Assembly: GCF_001194135.2 (NCBI RefSeq)
Contig: NC_068993.1
Coordinates: 64,930,580 to 64,978,919 of the forward strand
DNA: 48,340 nucleotides
Origin: Octopus bimaculoides
Taxonomy: Eukaryota
Direction: 5' to 3'
Positions within the stretch are counted from its first letter, which is position 1; each line of letters begins with the position of its first letter. Below the pieces are notes generated by a model, which had not been told where the DNA came from, did not search any database, and saw only the letters and a program-made list of their open reading frames with translations. Positions 1-10,829 of this stretch are shown piece after piece. The translations under genes were made by a program, and so were the position numbers.

Positions 1-356
1 GGCAAGACTGCTGTAGCAGCAGAGTCTTTCTTTTTCTCCATTCTCTCCTTTAACTGTGAGGAAGGAAGACTAGGAAATTCTTTTTCGAACGAAACACTGC
101 AGACTGCAGCGTTCGTTTCACAAGAATTTTCATGGCTACAAGACGCCATCGTCTCAAAAAAAATGGCTAGAAAGCCGAGATTGGTTTTTATATCCTGGAA
201 ATGTGCCACACAGGGCAGATTTCCGTCGCAAAAAACTTGCACCAGAGAGTCTACAAGTTGTTATACAACTTTGTATATAAAATAAATTTTACAAACAAAC
301 TTTTTAAAACATGAAAAAGGCAAAACTTACAGAGCCGACACGTCTACCGTCCGTCC
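1..356 (-). mobile_element. 5' end (UTR + ORF1 start) of a Tx1/L1-like non-LTR retrotransposon, running off the window
   Basis: ATG at 149 opens MASCSHENSCETNAAVCSVSFEKEFPSLPSSQ... with no stop to the window edge. It shares F-x-x-x-FPSLP-x-S with the ORF1 N-terminus at 7015-7287. The 5' end abuts (AGAT)n at 357-393. Confidence 0.55.
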
Positions 357-823
357 ATAGAGATAGATAGATAGATAGATAGAGAGATAGATATACATAC
401 ACAGACATACATGCATATACAAATACACCCATACACAGGCGTGTACATTCTTATATCCTTATTTATATTTTCATAATAGCATATAGAAATTTAAAAATAT
501 ATATTTCCTACTCCATCCTAAATTCTTAACATATTATATAGAGTTTATTATATAGAGTTTATTATATAGAGTATATATAACAAAAATGGTCAGTGATTAT
601 TTTTGATTAAAATATCTTTCGATTAATATTATTAAAGATTCACAAGAACATTTTATGACCGTTGTAATTGTTTTGTTTATTCAATTTATTTTATCTATTT
701 GAATTTTAGTTTTGTTTTTATTATATCTTTAAATTACTAACGCTCACGCTTGTAAACATACATTTTAAATGAGTCTATTTTATGATTTAGTAGTCCTTAC
801 ATGAAATTTTTGTCTATTTTTTA

Positions 824-925
824 GACAAATAGTACCCTGATGAGATTCATATGCATAAATATGAATTTCTTCAGAAATTCATTAGTGGATATGAATCGAA
901 ACAAATTGTAGAATATATATTTGTT
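824..925 (+). ncRNA. Decayed hammerhead ribozyme motif
   Basis: CUGAUGA at 837-843, perfect 9-bp stem II (844-852/889-897) with an inner hairpin (861-870/873-882), then GAAAC-AAAUU-GUA at 898-910. Stem I is broken next to the core. Confidence 0.5.
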
Positions 926-1190
926 TTAATTATTTGTTATATCTTTTTATATCATAATTATATTATATCATAATGTTAATAAATTTATATGTCAATTGTA
1001 TTTCTCCATTTCCTTTAAGATTTATATATGGAAATTATACCATTCTAAGTTCGGGTTTTTTCTCTATTGTGATATTTAACTTGAGAACCAGTGAAAATTG
1101 GATGTTTTCCACCTCTTTGAAGGAAATTGTTCTTTTCCTTAGATTGAATAATGATAACATTTATTGTTATTATCATATATATACTAGCAG

Positions 1191-1594
1191 GGACGTGTTC
1201 AGGAGAGATATGAAGGCACTTGGAATCAACACCAATTCCTGGGAGGATCTCGCAGCAGACCGAACCAGCTGGAGAGGCACTCTACACAAACAACTGCAGA
1301 CCGGCAAAGAGAATTTGAGGGCGGCAGCAGCTGAAAACCGAGCCCGCAGAAAAGAAATGATAGCCAACAGACCGTTTGTATAGGTGTGACCTCTGCAAAC
1401 GAGACTGCCACTCTCGCATCGGTCTCTACAGCCACAGGAGGCGTTGCAGAAACTGAATAGACAACTCAACGGATGGATGNNNNNNNNNNCGCATCGGTCT
1501 CTACAGCCACAGGAGGCGTTGCAGAAACTGAATAGACAACTCAACGGATGGATGACATCATCCATGGTCAACCATGACCGACGGAGGCCTAAGA
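1191..1594 (+). mobile_element. 5'-truncated RTE-clade LINE 3' end with an 8-bp TSD
   Basis: RDMKALGINTNSWEDLAADRTSWR... followed (after a frameshift) by the C2H2 finger CDLCKRDCHSRIGLYSHRRRC. TSD actagcag at 1183-1190 and 1595-1602. About 70 bp is duplicated across the N gap (assembly overlap). Confidence 0.85.
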
Positions 1595-1595
1595 A

Positions 1596-1630
1596 CTAGC
1601 AGAGATACCCGGTGTTGCTCGAGATTAAAG
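1596..1630 (-). mobile_element. Possible Helitron-like 3' terminus
   Basis: Minus strand reads ctcgagcaacaccgggtatctctgCTAG|T: an imperfect subterminal hairpin followed by a CTAG-T end. Confidence 0.4.
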
Positions 1631-1649
1631 TTGTATAGTTTTTTAATGT

Positions 1650-1860
1650 TTTGCTTGTCTCGGTAATGTGACTGCGGACATGCTGGAGCACCGCCTTTAG
1701 TCGAAAAAATCGACCCCGGGATTTATTCTTTGTAAGCCTAGTACTTATTCTATCGGTGCGTTTTACCAAATAGCTAAGTTACGGGGACGTAAGCACAACA
1801 ACATCAGTTGTCAAGCGATAATTGGTGTACAATCACAGACAAACACATACATGCATGCAT
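1650..1860 (-). mobile_element. SINE 3' half (same family as 2765-2870 and 13950-14985)
   Basis: Shared blocks catgctggagcacc, agcctagtactta and aagttacggggacgtaa recur between the three loci; ends in (CA)/(TA) microsatellite. Confidence 0.6.
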
Positions 1861-1870
1861 ATATATACTT

Positions 1871-1912
<42 letters not shown>

Positions 1913-2028
1913 ATTCGAAAAGCCCGCCACTTACATAGGTATATAGGGATAAACATTCTTCTATGTACTATACTGGATATACGGTGTTCTTTTGGTATGT
2001 TGATTTTCTGTTTATTACTATGTATCTT

Positions 2029-2101
2029 GACCATATTATACTGACGAGTAGAAGTCGCATAATACTGCGATAACTACGAAATCATGATCTATAATTTAGT
2101 C
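2029..2101 (+). ncRNA. Minimal type I hammerhead ribozyme (Penelope/retrozyme-type)
   Basis: Core CUGACGA at 2041-2047. Stem II GUAG/CUAC with an inner UCGCA/UGCGA hairpin. GAAA at 2078-2081, palindromic UCAUGA at 2082-2087, cleavage triplet AUC at 2087-2089. Stem I (2029-2040 with 2090-2101) pairs at 10 of 12 positions. Confidence 0.85.
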
Positions 2102-3054
2102 TGTTAAGGGGCTAGCTTTGAGAGATGCCTTTCCTAGCGTTCGGTAAAAATGTGTTTATTATGGTAGTTTGACCTTACAGTCCCTCTTAGCGTGATGCAT
2201 TCTTGTATAGTAATGCCCTTATATAAATAAATATATTTTGGGGAATAAATGATGGATTTTTTCCCTTATGAGGTTTTTTTCACGCTAGCTACTTGATAAA
2301 TACTTATAAAAGAATTCATCCTATTATTAAATTTATATATATATATATATATATATATACTTACTTGGAAATGGATGCGTGGCCTTCAATTAAATAATAA
2401 TATAACTCATTCTGGTGCAAATAGAACATACGGAAACAATGTAATTATTTTGGATTCCAGTACTGATGTGAATTTGTTAAAATGGTTTATCCTTTATATT
2501 GGAAATACTCATCTACATTTGAGGAGATCAGTTTCTTTCAAATTGGTGTAATGCTTTCATTGATCGATTAAATGGAACCGCTCGATATGGTCGAAATGTA
2601 TTCACACCTGTACATCATTGTTACTTATTTACATTCTATTTACCAAACTTGGAGCTGTGCGTACTAAACCGAACTGGCTTGGTGCCTCAATTTAAGTACC
2701 TAATTCAACTGAACCTTAATTATATATATATATATATATACATACATACATTTATATATATATATCGGTTTCTTTTGCCGAACCGTTAAGTTACGGGGAC
2801 GTAAACACACCACCATCAAGCGATGTTGAGGGGTGGGGAAACAGACACACAAACATATATACACACACGCACACGAAACGCCGGTGTTAGAACGGGGGTA
2901 GCTGATGAAGAAGAATGTTCTCTATGTGGCTTGTGTGTTTTCTCGTCTACGTTTTGTTTGCAATGTCCTGTACCCAGATATGCACCTATACATACAGGTG
3001 GATGTCGGTATGCACATACCTGCACGTATATATGCATATACTCATTTATTGTTT

Positions 3055-3090
<36 letters not shown>

Positions 3091-4664
3091 NNNNNNNNNN
3101 NNNNNNNNNNNNNNNNNNNNNNNNNNNNNNNNNNNNNNNNNNNNNNNNNNNNNNNNNNNNNNNNNNNNNNNNNNNNNNNNNNNNNNNNNNNNNNNNNNNN
3201 NNNNNNNNNNNNNNNNNNNNNNNNNNNNNNNNNNNNNNNNNNNNNNNNNNNNNNNNNNNNNNNNNNNNNNNNNNNNNNNNNNNNNNNNNNNNNNNNNNNN
3301 NNNNNNNNNNNNNNNNNNNNNNNNNNNNNNNNNNNNNNNNNNNNNNNNNNNNNNNNNNNNNNNNNNNNNNNNNNNNNNNNNNNNNNNNNNNNNNNNNNNN
3401 NNNNNNNNNNNNNNNNNNNNNNNNNNNNNNNNNNNNNNNNNNNNNNNNNNNNNNNNNNNNNNNNNNNNNNNNNNNNNNNNNNNNNNNNNNNNNNNNNNNN
3501 NNNNNNNNNNNNNNNNNNNNNNNNNNNNNNNNNNNNNNNNNNNNNNNNNNNNNNNNNNNNNNNNNNNNNNNNNNNNNNNNNNNNNNNNATATATATATAT
3601 ATATATATATACGAGAAATATAATTGTGGAGGTTAGGTTTGCTGTTAAATAAAAAAAACTCAATAATTCGAAAAATGTAGTGAGAAAGATACAAACAGAA
3701 GGAAGAATGTACTTTAAAAGATACAAAACAAAAATACAAAGAAAATAGTATTTTTGTTTTTCCAAACATTGATGCTCTTGAAATCCCGTTTTCCAAAAAA
3801 TCCGATAGAGAATTAGTAAAGTCGTATGTCTATAGGTTGTCTAAGAAAAACATAGTTGCAATAGTTACCTTTTCTTTTGAATAAAAACTAATTAATGAAT
3901 TCGTTGAAAAATAACAAAAAAATGCGAAACGAAAGAGGAAAAATGAAAAAATAAATAAGAAAATTGATATTCAAACAGAGTCACAACGAAGATTTTAATT
4001 TACAAAATCTATTCTGTTTCAAAGAAAATACATATTAGAAAAACAATTTCCTCTATGTATATACGATTATCTATAATCAAGTGCGTTCACGCGCACAAAT
4101 ATTTATAAATTCTGTTCAAATTTACTTAGCTGATAATTTAGTTAAAAAATTCAATAGGATTCTTACTTTTAAAATTAAAAAGAGGAAAAATTAATGTTGC
4201 AAGTGACTCAAATTAAATGGTAGCGTTCAGTCATCCTAGTAGATAAGTTTGTACTGAACATATATAGATAAAATGCTAAGTAGGTTTCCATAGAAAGATT
4301 ATTTTCATACAAACACATAAATGGTTAGAAAATACAGAATGCGATAGGTCCCGACTGATAACTGAAAAATCTCAAATCTATTATTTTGAAAAAAAAAAAA
4401 AAAAGTCCTATAAATTACTACCTTCGAAATTGAAAAACATAAGGCAATAAAATTTTAGTAACTTAGGTACAAAACTGTGACTATAATTGATCGCTGAATT
4501 CACAAGTTTGTTTTTATTTTCTCTCTATTTCCTCGTGTTCCTTTCTGTTGAAAAGCGTAGGCTCGAAACGTAAAATACTTTCTCACTTTCCCGAGCATCA
4601 AACCAATACACCTGCTTGTTGTTTATACATCTGTCTTCGTCTTTTATTTTTCTGTAAATTTCAA

Positions 4665-4708
<44 letters not shown>

Positions 4709-5167
4709 CCGCTTGTGTCATTATATAATCCGGTAGGCAGAATGTAGGCAGGAACGTTTAGACAATTACTGTTTATCTAGTATAGCCACCACTTGGGACG
4801 GATTATGGAGGCTATTTAAGAAGATAGATTTAGTATTATAATTTGAAGGTAAATGCCCTCGCAACCACCTCCCCTGACGGTTAGTTATTTACTGTTGTAC
4901 GGTTGCTTGTTTTCATGTTGGGTTGGATTGGTTTGTAATGACACAAACGGGCTTGGGCACTTGCGACATAGGCTACTCCCCAACACTTTTTATTTACTTT
5001 TTTTATTTACTTCTTTATTTACATCTACCCCTATAACGGCCTAAGCTTGCCCTTGGTTTAAAAGTTAACTGACCAATTATAGGGATACCTGGACTTTGGT
5101 CAATTCCATTACGGACAGCAGGAAGTTGGTCTTTAGAATATATCAGTAAGTACACTATTGTAACAAC

Positions 5168-5784
5168 GGTAATCTTCCAGTTTCGAGAGGTAAAAGAAAT
5201 ATTCAAGGGAAATAACTGAACCACTTACCAGTATTATCCGTACTACTTTTTCTCTAAAACAGCATGCGACGGAATTTTAACAGGCAGAAAAGAATCTAAA
5301 ACAGCATGCGATGGAATTTTTTTTTTATAAAAGTTTAAAATGATTTTTTTTCTTTTTACAAAAAGCATGCGACTTTTTTTCTTTTTACAAAAACGGAAAC
5401 GAAATGGTTTGCAGAAGTACCCGACGGAACGGAGTCAAAAACAATAGGCAGAAACGCGCACACCATTCCAGCATTCTGTATCTTGAGCTACTGCTTAAAT
5501 CACACATTTTCCATTTTTCCTCTAATATTAATTCAGGAGTCAGGATTTCGTTTTCAGCAACAATAAGATGTTGTGCAGCCGGTCTTCCACGAGGCATTTT
5601 CGATTTCTCATAAAAAAAACTATGATATTCAATCAGGTGTGTGATTTATATTTAAACAGTTAACGTCAATCAAATCACGTGATTTATTTATAAACAAATT
5701 AGTACGGATAATACTGGTAAGATGTTCAGTTATTTCCCTTGTAATTCATTTACTTTTTTAACCCCTCGAAACTGGAAGATTACC
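5168..5784. mobile_element. Non-autonomous Mutator/MULE-like element (617 bp)
   Basis: Imperfect TIRs of ~80 bp starting GGTAATCTTCCAG (5168-5245 / 5700-5784). Exact 9-bp TSD tgtaacaac at 5159-5167 and 5785-5793. Confidence 0.85.
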
Positions 5785-6384
5785 TGTAACAACTTTTGGG
5801 GTATGTTTTGGGATAAATATTAATTAGCATTATTTAAGAAATCATAAGTACTATTCGTTCTCTAGACCTATTGGCGAATCCAGTTATACTTAAGTACTAG
5901 TTTTATTTTCTTATTATTCATACACCCTGGTACCCCTAAAGAAAGATTAACCCACCAATTCGCTTTCTAGTTTTTTTTCATTTGCTCATCGGCTTCACGC
6001 TTTACACTGCAAAATGGTATGATTTCTAATTTATTAAGCCTTCTTTCCTTATCCCGAGGCCCTCCTCTTTCTTCTTCCCTCTTATTTCATGTATTTGTAT
6101 TGACCCTGATGAAGTTCCATGGAACAGATCGGATGTGCTGTAAAAGATGACGAATATTATTCTCATAATTTTCTTTGGCAGCACCGACTGACATAGGTAG
6201 CAGAAACAGCTATTTTAGCAACGCTAAAGTTTTGTATTAAAAGAATTGATAACCGATGGTAGTCAATTTGTTGATCAAATGTTTTCTCCATTTTCTGCTT
6301 ATTTTATATATATAACACACACACAAGGTATAAAAGGGATGAATTGTCCAGGCGGATACCGTATTATCTCACAAATTGTTATAG

Positions 6385-7380
6385 ATGCCCTCATTTAGCG
6401 GATGTTGACAGCAAATAGATCGCCTAACCATCGGAACGCTTCCCTTCCACAAAAAGCGGAAGAGTATGCGTTCCAGTTTCGTGATGGTAGGGTCGGGACA
6501 AGGCACGACGGTCAGACGGTAGTAGATAACAGATGGGATGTATGCATTCGCCACCTCAGCCCGACCTTTTAGAGATAGCTTCCTTTCAGCCCATAGCTGG
6601 GTGAGAGTGACCACCCTAGTCGTTATCGCGTCCCAGTTCTTCTCCATTTGGAAGTTTGTACCAAACCAAATGCCGAGCAATTTAACCGGTCTGTCGGTCC
6701 AGAGTCTCACGATGGAGACGCTGTTGGACGGCATGGGCTTGCTTCTCCAACCTTCTAAGATTACCTCTTCGAAATTATAGCAGATGGCAGACACCAAACA
6801 TCATGTTTCTACCTGGGGTGGGGGCACATCTTTAATTGTTATTTTCCTCACACGACGACCACGATACGTAGGAATCATGATTTCCTCGAATTCAAATGAC
6901 TGTGTGGAATGAGCTCTTGTTTGTTCCTCTGTATCGAATCTTACTTCAACTGTGGCAAATCTTTTGCCCCTTGTGATGTATTCTTTCAACGCCCATATCA
7001 GCCTTAGACATTGTTTAGTGGTGGTGGCAGTGGTGGACGGTCATTCTTTTAGACATGTATTTATTCTCTTTGCTTTGCTTTCCCACCTGCTTGGTAGGCA
7101 CTCTGGTGTCTGTGTTCTGGCATTTTTCGACTGTGTGTGTGTGTGTGTGTCCTTCCCTCCTACTTGTTGGCAACGAAGGAAATTTATCGTCGAAATTTGG
7201 TTGCTGACAAACAAAAACTTTTTTGAATATAATTCTAAAATCCGAAAATTCACCCTTAAAGGACGAATTTTCGAACGAAAGACTCACTCAGGCCAAAGCA
7301 GATGTGAAGCATCTTTTTAACAAAAATTATTTGCAAATACATAGACAAATTCTTTAAACTTGCGGGAGACGACGTGACAA
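6385..7380 (-). mobile_element. Internally deleted Tx1/L1-clade element (5' UTR + ORF1 fragment fused to the RT C-terminal region)
   Basis: ORF1-like YITRGKRFATVEVRFDTEE...IPTYRGRRVRKITIKDVPP aligns with the ORF1 at 17100-17330. It runs directly into GWRSKPMPSN...KLLGIWFG...RKLSLKGRAEVANAYI...LFRFLWKG, which is homologous to 33300-33700. Confidence 0.85.
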
Positions 7381-7396
7381 CAGCCAGACAGATAGA

Positions 7397-7638
7397 TATA
7401 TTTATTGGCTACACAGGGCTGAACACAGAGGGGACAAAATACGAAGTAGAGCTTTTCTTTTAGGGAAGGAAAGAAAAAAAAAGAGGGGGTAGAATTTCGA
7501 TCAAAAGGGATCGCGGTAAAAAAAAAAACGATGAATAGGGATCGTGTATCACAGAAGTGTCAGTGTAAAATGGGAAACAGATTAAGTTTATCCGTGGAAA
7601 GAAACGCCTACGGAAAAGACCACGGTAACCTCGGGCAA
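7397..7638 (-). mobile_element. 5'-truncated Tx1-like 3' UTR copy
   Basis: Clearly homologous to 7760-8015 (gggctgaacacagaggggacaaa, gggatcgtgtatcacagaag, gtttatccgtggaaagaaa). AATAAA on the minus strand at 7401-7406. Confidence 0.75.
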
Positions 7639-7759
7639 TAGTGTCAGATAGATAGATACGCAGACAGATAGATAGATAGATAAGTAGACAGACAGACAGA
7701 CAGATAGATAAGTAGACAGACAGACAGACAGATAGATAGATAAGTAAAATAGATAAATA

Positions 7760-8047
7760 ACTTTCTTTATTGGCCACACAGGGCTGAACACAGAGGGGAC
7801 AAATATAAATGTAGAGCTTTTCTTTTCGAAGATGAAAAAGAAAAGGGAGAAAGGAGAAAAAGAGTAGAATTCCGATGAAAAGGGTCGGAGAAAGAAAGGG
7901 GGAAAAGGCGATCAAAAGGGATCGTGTATCACAGAAGAAATTTTAAAATGTAAGAAGCAAGTTTAGGTTTATCCGTGGAAAGAAATATCTACGGTAAAGA
8001 TCACAGTAACCTCAGGCAGGGAGGGAATAAACACATGAGAGCAAAGT

Positions 8048-8086
<39 letters not shown>

Positions 8087-8540
8087 GATTTACAGGATCA
8101 TGCTCAAAGTGGTTTTGTCATTTAATCGTACCATCTTTGCTACATTCACCCACCTTTTTTTGAAACTTTCACGAGACAAAACCTGCCTCTCCATTCTCAC
8201 CTTCCTTTTCAAGTGGTACTTGAAAAAGTTGATGAGCGATTGGCCATAGAGGTAAGTGTGTGTCTCTAATCCTTTCGCTTGAGTCCACCACACACATTCT
8301 TTCACCATGGCCACCAGTACGATGAAGACTGCCTTGCCTTCCCGGTTGAAGAAAGGTGGCGGAGCAATTTTCACGATAGACTCGGCCGACAAGCGATCTC
8401 GTGCACACGTGACAGCAGCCGTTCGGCATAAGCCCATAAGTCCGAAATAGTTGGATGCAACAGGAGTGCGTGCAGAACGGTTTCGTCGTTCAGACCGCAT
8501 CCCGGGCAAGTAGGTCCGGTGTGTCTCGAACCGTGCCTGT
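7760..8540 (-). mobile_element. 5'-truncated Tx1-like element: ORF2 C-terminus + 3' UTR
   Basis: ORF 8090..8509 (LINFFKYHLKRKVRMERQVL...RWVNVAKMVR) aligns at the DNA level with 32450-32640. The 3' UTR contains (CT)n and ends aataaagaaa next to (TCTA/TCTG)n. Confidence 0.8.
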
Positions 8541-10206
8541 AATTATTGATGTGCTAACCATTTTTTTTTTTTGTTCAACGATATAAATTGTTTTACCAAA
8601 ATTTAGTAAACAGTTTCCATTAATTTTTCTTTGTAATTATCATCCGAGTTGCCAAGTTACATGAGGAGGAGGAGGAGGCTCTTAATATTATTTCATTAAC
8701 ACTATTGTTCACCACCGAAAAGGAAACTAAACCTGAAACACAAATTAGAAATGTAATCATTTAAAAGAGAATCCTGACAATCGCCACAAATACCACAAAA
8801 TATTCTATCCAACGCTGTTATTATTCAATTTACCCGTCTCTTGTGTAGGAGTCTTTTTTTTACTTTCTTATAATCATTGCTATCTTTGCCTGAAGCATTC
8901 ACCCAACAACAAACGAGCGCGAGAAATTCTTTCCTCCACTGAAAATCGATCTCATGTGTTTGTGCTTTACGAGACCAATGGTTTAATAACTGAGACACCA
9001 CAATAGATTAGTTAATATAGATATTACAATATCATTAAGGTTTGATTTTATTGTATTCATATATATGACACTGTTTCACTCAATTTTCTAATTGACAAAG
9101 GAGAACGTTATATTTTAATCAAAATTTCGCGAAATATTCCTATAAAGTTACTGGAAATTTTTCAAAACATGTCTCAAATTTAATTTCCTGTTTAGTCAGA
9201 TGTAATTATGATCTCTCTCTCTCTCTCTCTCAACCTATCTCTCTCTCTATCAACCTATCTCTCTCTCTCTATCTATCTATCTATCTCACCCTTCTCCTCC
9301 CCTCTCTCTTGTTAAAGAAGCTAATGCTGTTGACGTTGTTGTTATTACTATTTCTTGACTTTAATTAAAACCGTTAATTAAAAAATAAAAGTTGTCCTTT
9401 TGAACAAAATAAGTTTAAACCCGAAAATATATTAGCTTGTGATAGAGTTAATTGAGTGTGCGTGTGTGTGTGTGTGTGTGTGTGACAGGAGGGGGAGGAA
9501 AGAGAAAGAGAAATAAAAACCGAGGTTGAAGCTGAATGGAAGAAAAGATAGAAAACGAGAAAAAGAGGACAAAAAGAATGAAAGCAAACTGCAAAACGAT
9601 TGAGACACAAAGACGAAGAAAGAAAGAAAGAAAGAAAAGAAAGGAGCAAAGAAAGAAAGAAAGAAAGGTAGCCAGGGTAGAATCAAAATGGATCCTAGCA
9701 AAAGAAATATGGAAGATGAAAGTTATCAAAATGTTATTTTATGTTGACGATTTATGAGAAATGACAACAGAAATTACGGTTTCTTTTGTTAAGAAATTTA
9801 AATGTGATGAGACTAAATTATGTGATCCGGTTTCGATCTTCCACCTCTCTCTCTATTACGGGTGTCTAACAGTCATGACTTGAGGCCTCAACACTTGATA
9901 GAGTCATAGAAGCCATGTCGCAATGTAGCGGAGCTCATCCTTCTCAATAAATAACCACAGCCGATTTCTTCTTCTTCGTACGAGAAAGAAAGAAACTATT
10001 TCATTTCTGCATTGATACATTATTTGTCGATTCTGAAAGGATGAAGCACAAAGATGACTTCGGCAGGATTTAAACTCAAAATATAGAAAGCCACAACGAA
10101 TATGTTCGAACAACTTGTCCGATTCTCTAGTTACTACAGTCATTTCAACCTCTACAATCATTTCCACCTTTTAAAAGTAGCAGCTAAATTTCAATCAAAT
10201 TACACT

Positions 10207-10470
10207 GATATTAATAGTTATCGCCAAGCTAACATGGCAGTCCAGGAAAATAGGACGAATACTGCCGTTGATTAGCTCCAAGAGGCCATCGCCTCTAGCT
10301 AGCTATGGTGACACACAAATCTGTGTCCATTATAACCTTCAAACAGGGGAGGTCAAGGTTCGTGTGTCACATAGCTAGCTAGAGCCGATGGCCTCTTGGA
10401 GCTAATCAACGGCAGCATTCGTCCTATTTTCCTGGACTGCCATGTTGGCTCGGCGATAACTATTGATATC
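10207..10470. mobile_element. Hairpin MITE, 264 bp, ~110-bp TIRs
   Basis: 10207-10318 is the reverse complement of 10359-10470 with about 5 differences; loop ~40 nt. Confidence 0.85.
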
Positions 10471-10829
10471 CAATACTGCTGCCGCAGTCTCCTTTAGAGA
10501 GATTTAGAAATATTAATATTTCTATACACTGATATCGTCTTTTAAGAAAATGACAATCTGAAGAAGAAAAGCGAAGTGATGTAACGACTAGAATACTCTT
10601 GATTATAAAAGCCCGACTCTTATTTGTTTGTTTCCAAGTATCCTGATTAAGCTGACTTACGATTAAAGATGTACCAGACGTAAAAATCTTGTTTTGTTTT
10701 TATAGTCCTACATACATTGCTAAAAAATTTCTTTTTAGTGTTCTAGTTGTTGTCGCTACGATCGATAAATCTCAGAATCGAAAGCATTGCACATATGACT
10801 ATATTGTCAGCTCTCAGTTGTAGTCGTAT

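Noticed and set aside
2870-2915. GAAAC preceding CUGAUGA (circularly permuted hammerhead)
   Set aside because: The triplet would be GUG and I find no pairing for stems I or II.
2816-3796. Long ORFs spanning N runs or (TA)/(CA)/(GT) microsatellites (also 11028-11513, 14080-14975, 20156-20640, 22982-23779, 24204-24854, 37006-37463)
   Set aside because: Artefacts of gaps and low-complexity repeats that lack stop codons.
4716-5160. Possible solo LTR (TG start, TATA-like ctatttaag)
   Set aside because: No second copy, PBS, PPT or TSD could be identified.
6100-6215. Hammerhead-like CUGAUGA ... GAAACAGCU
   Set aside because: No G10.1-C11.1 closing pair, no UH triplet after the loop and no stem I. 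At most a remnant.
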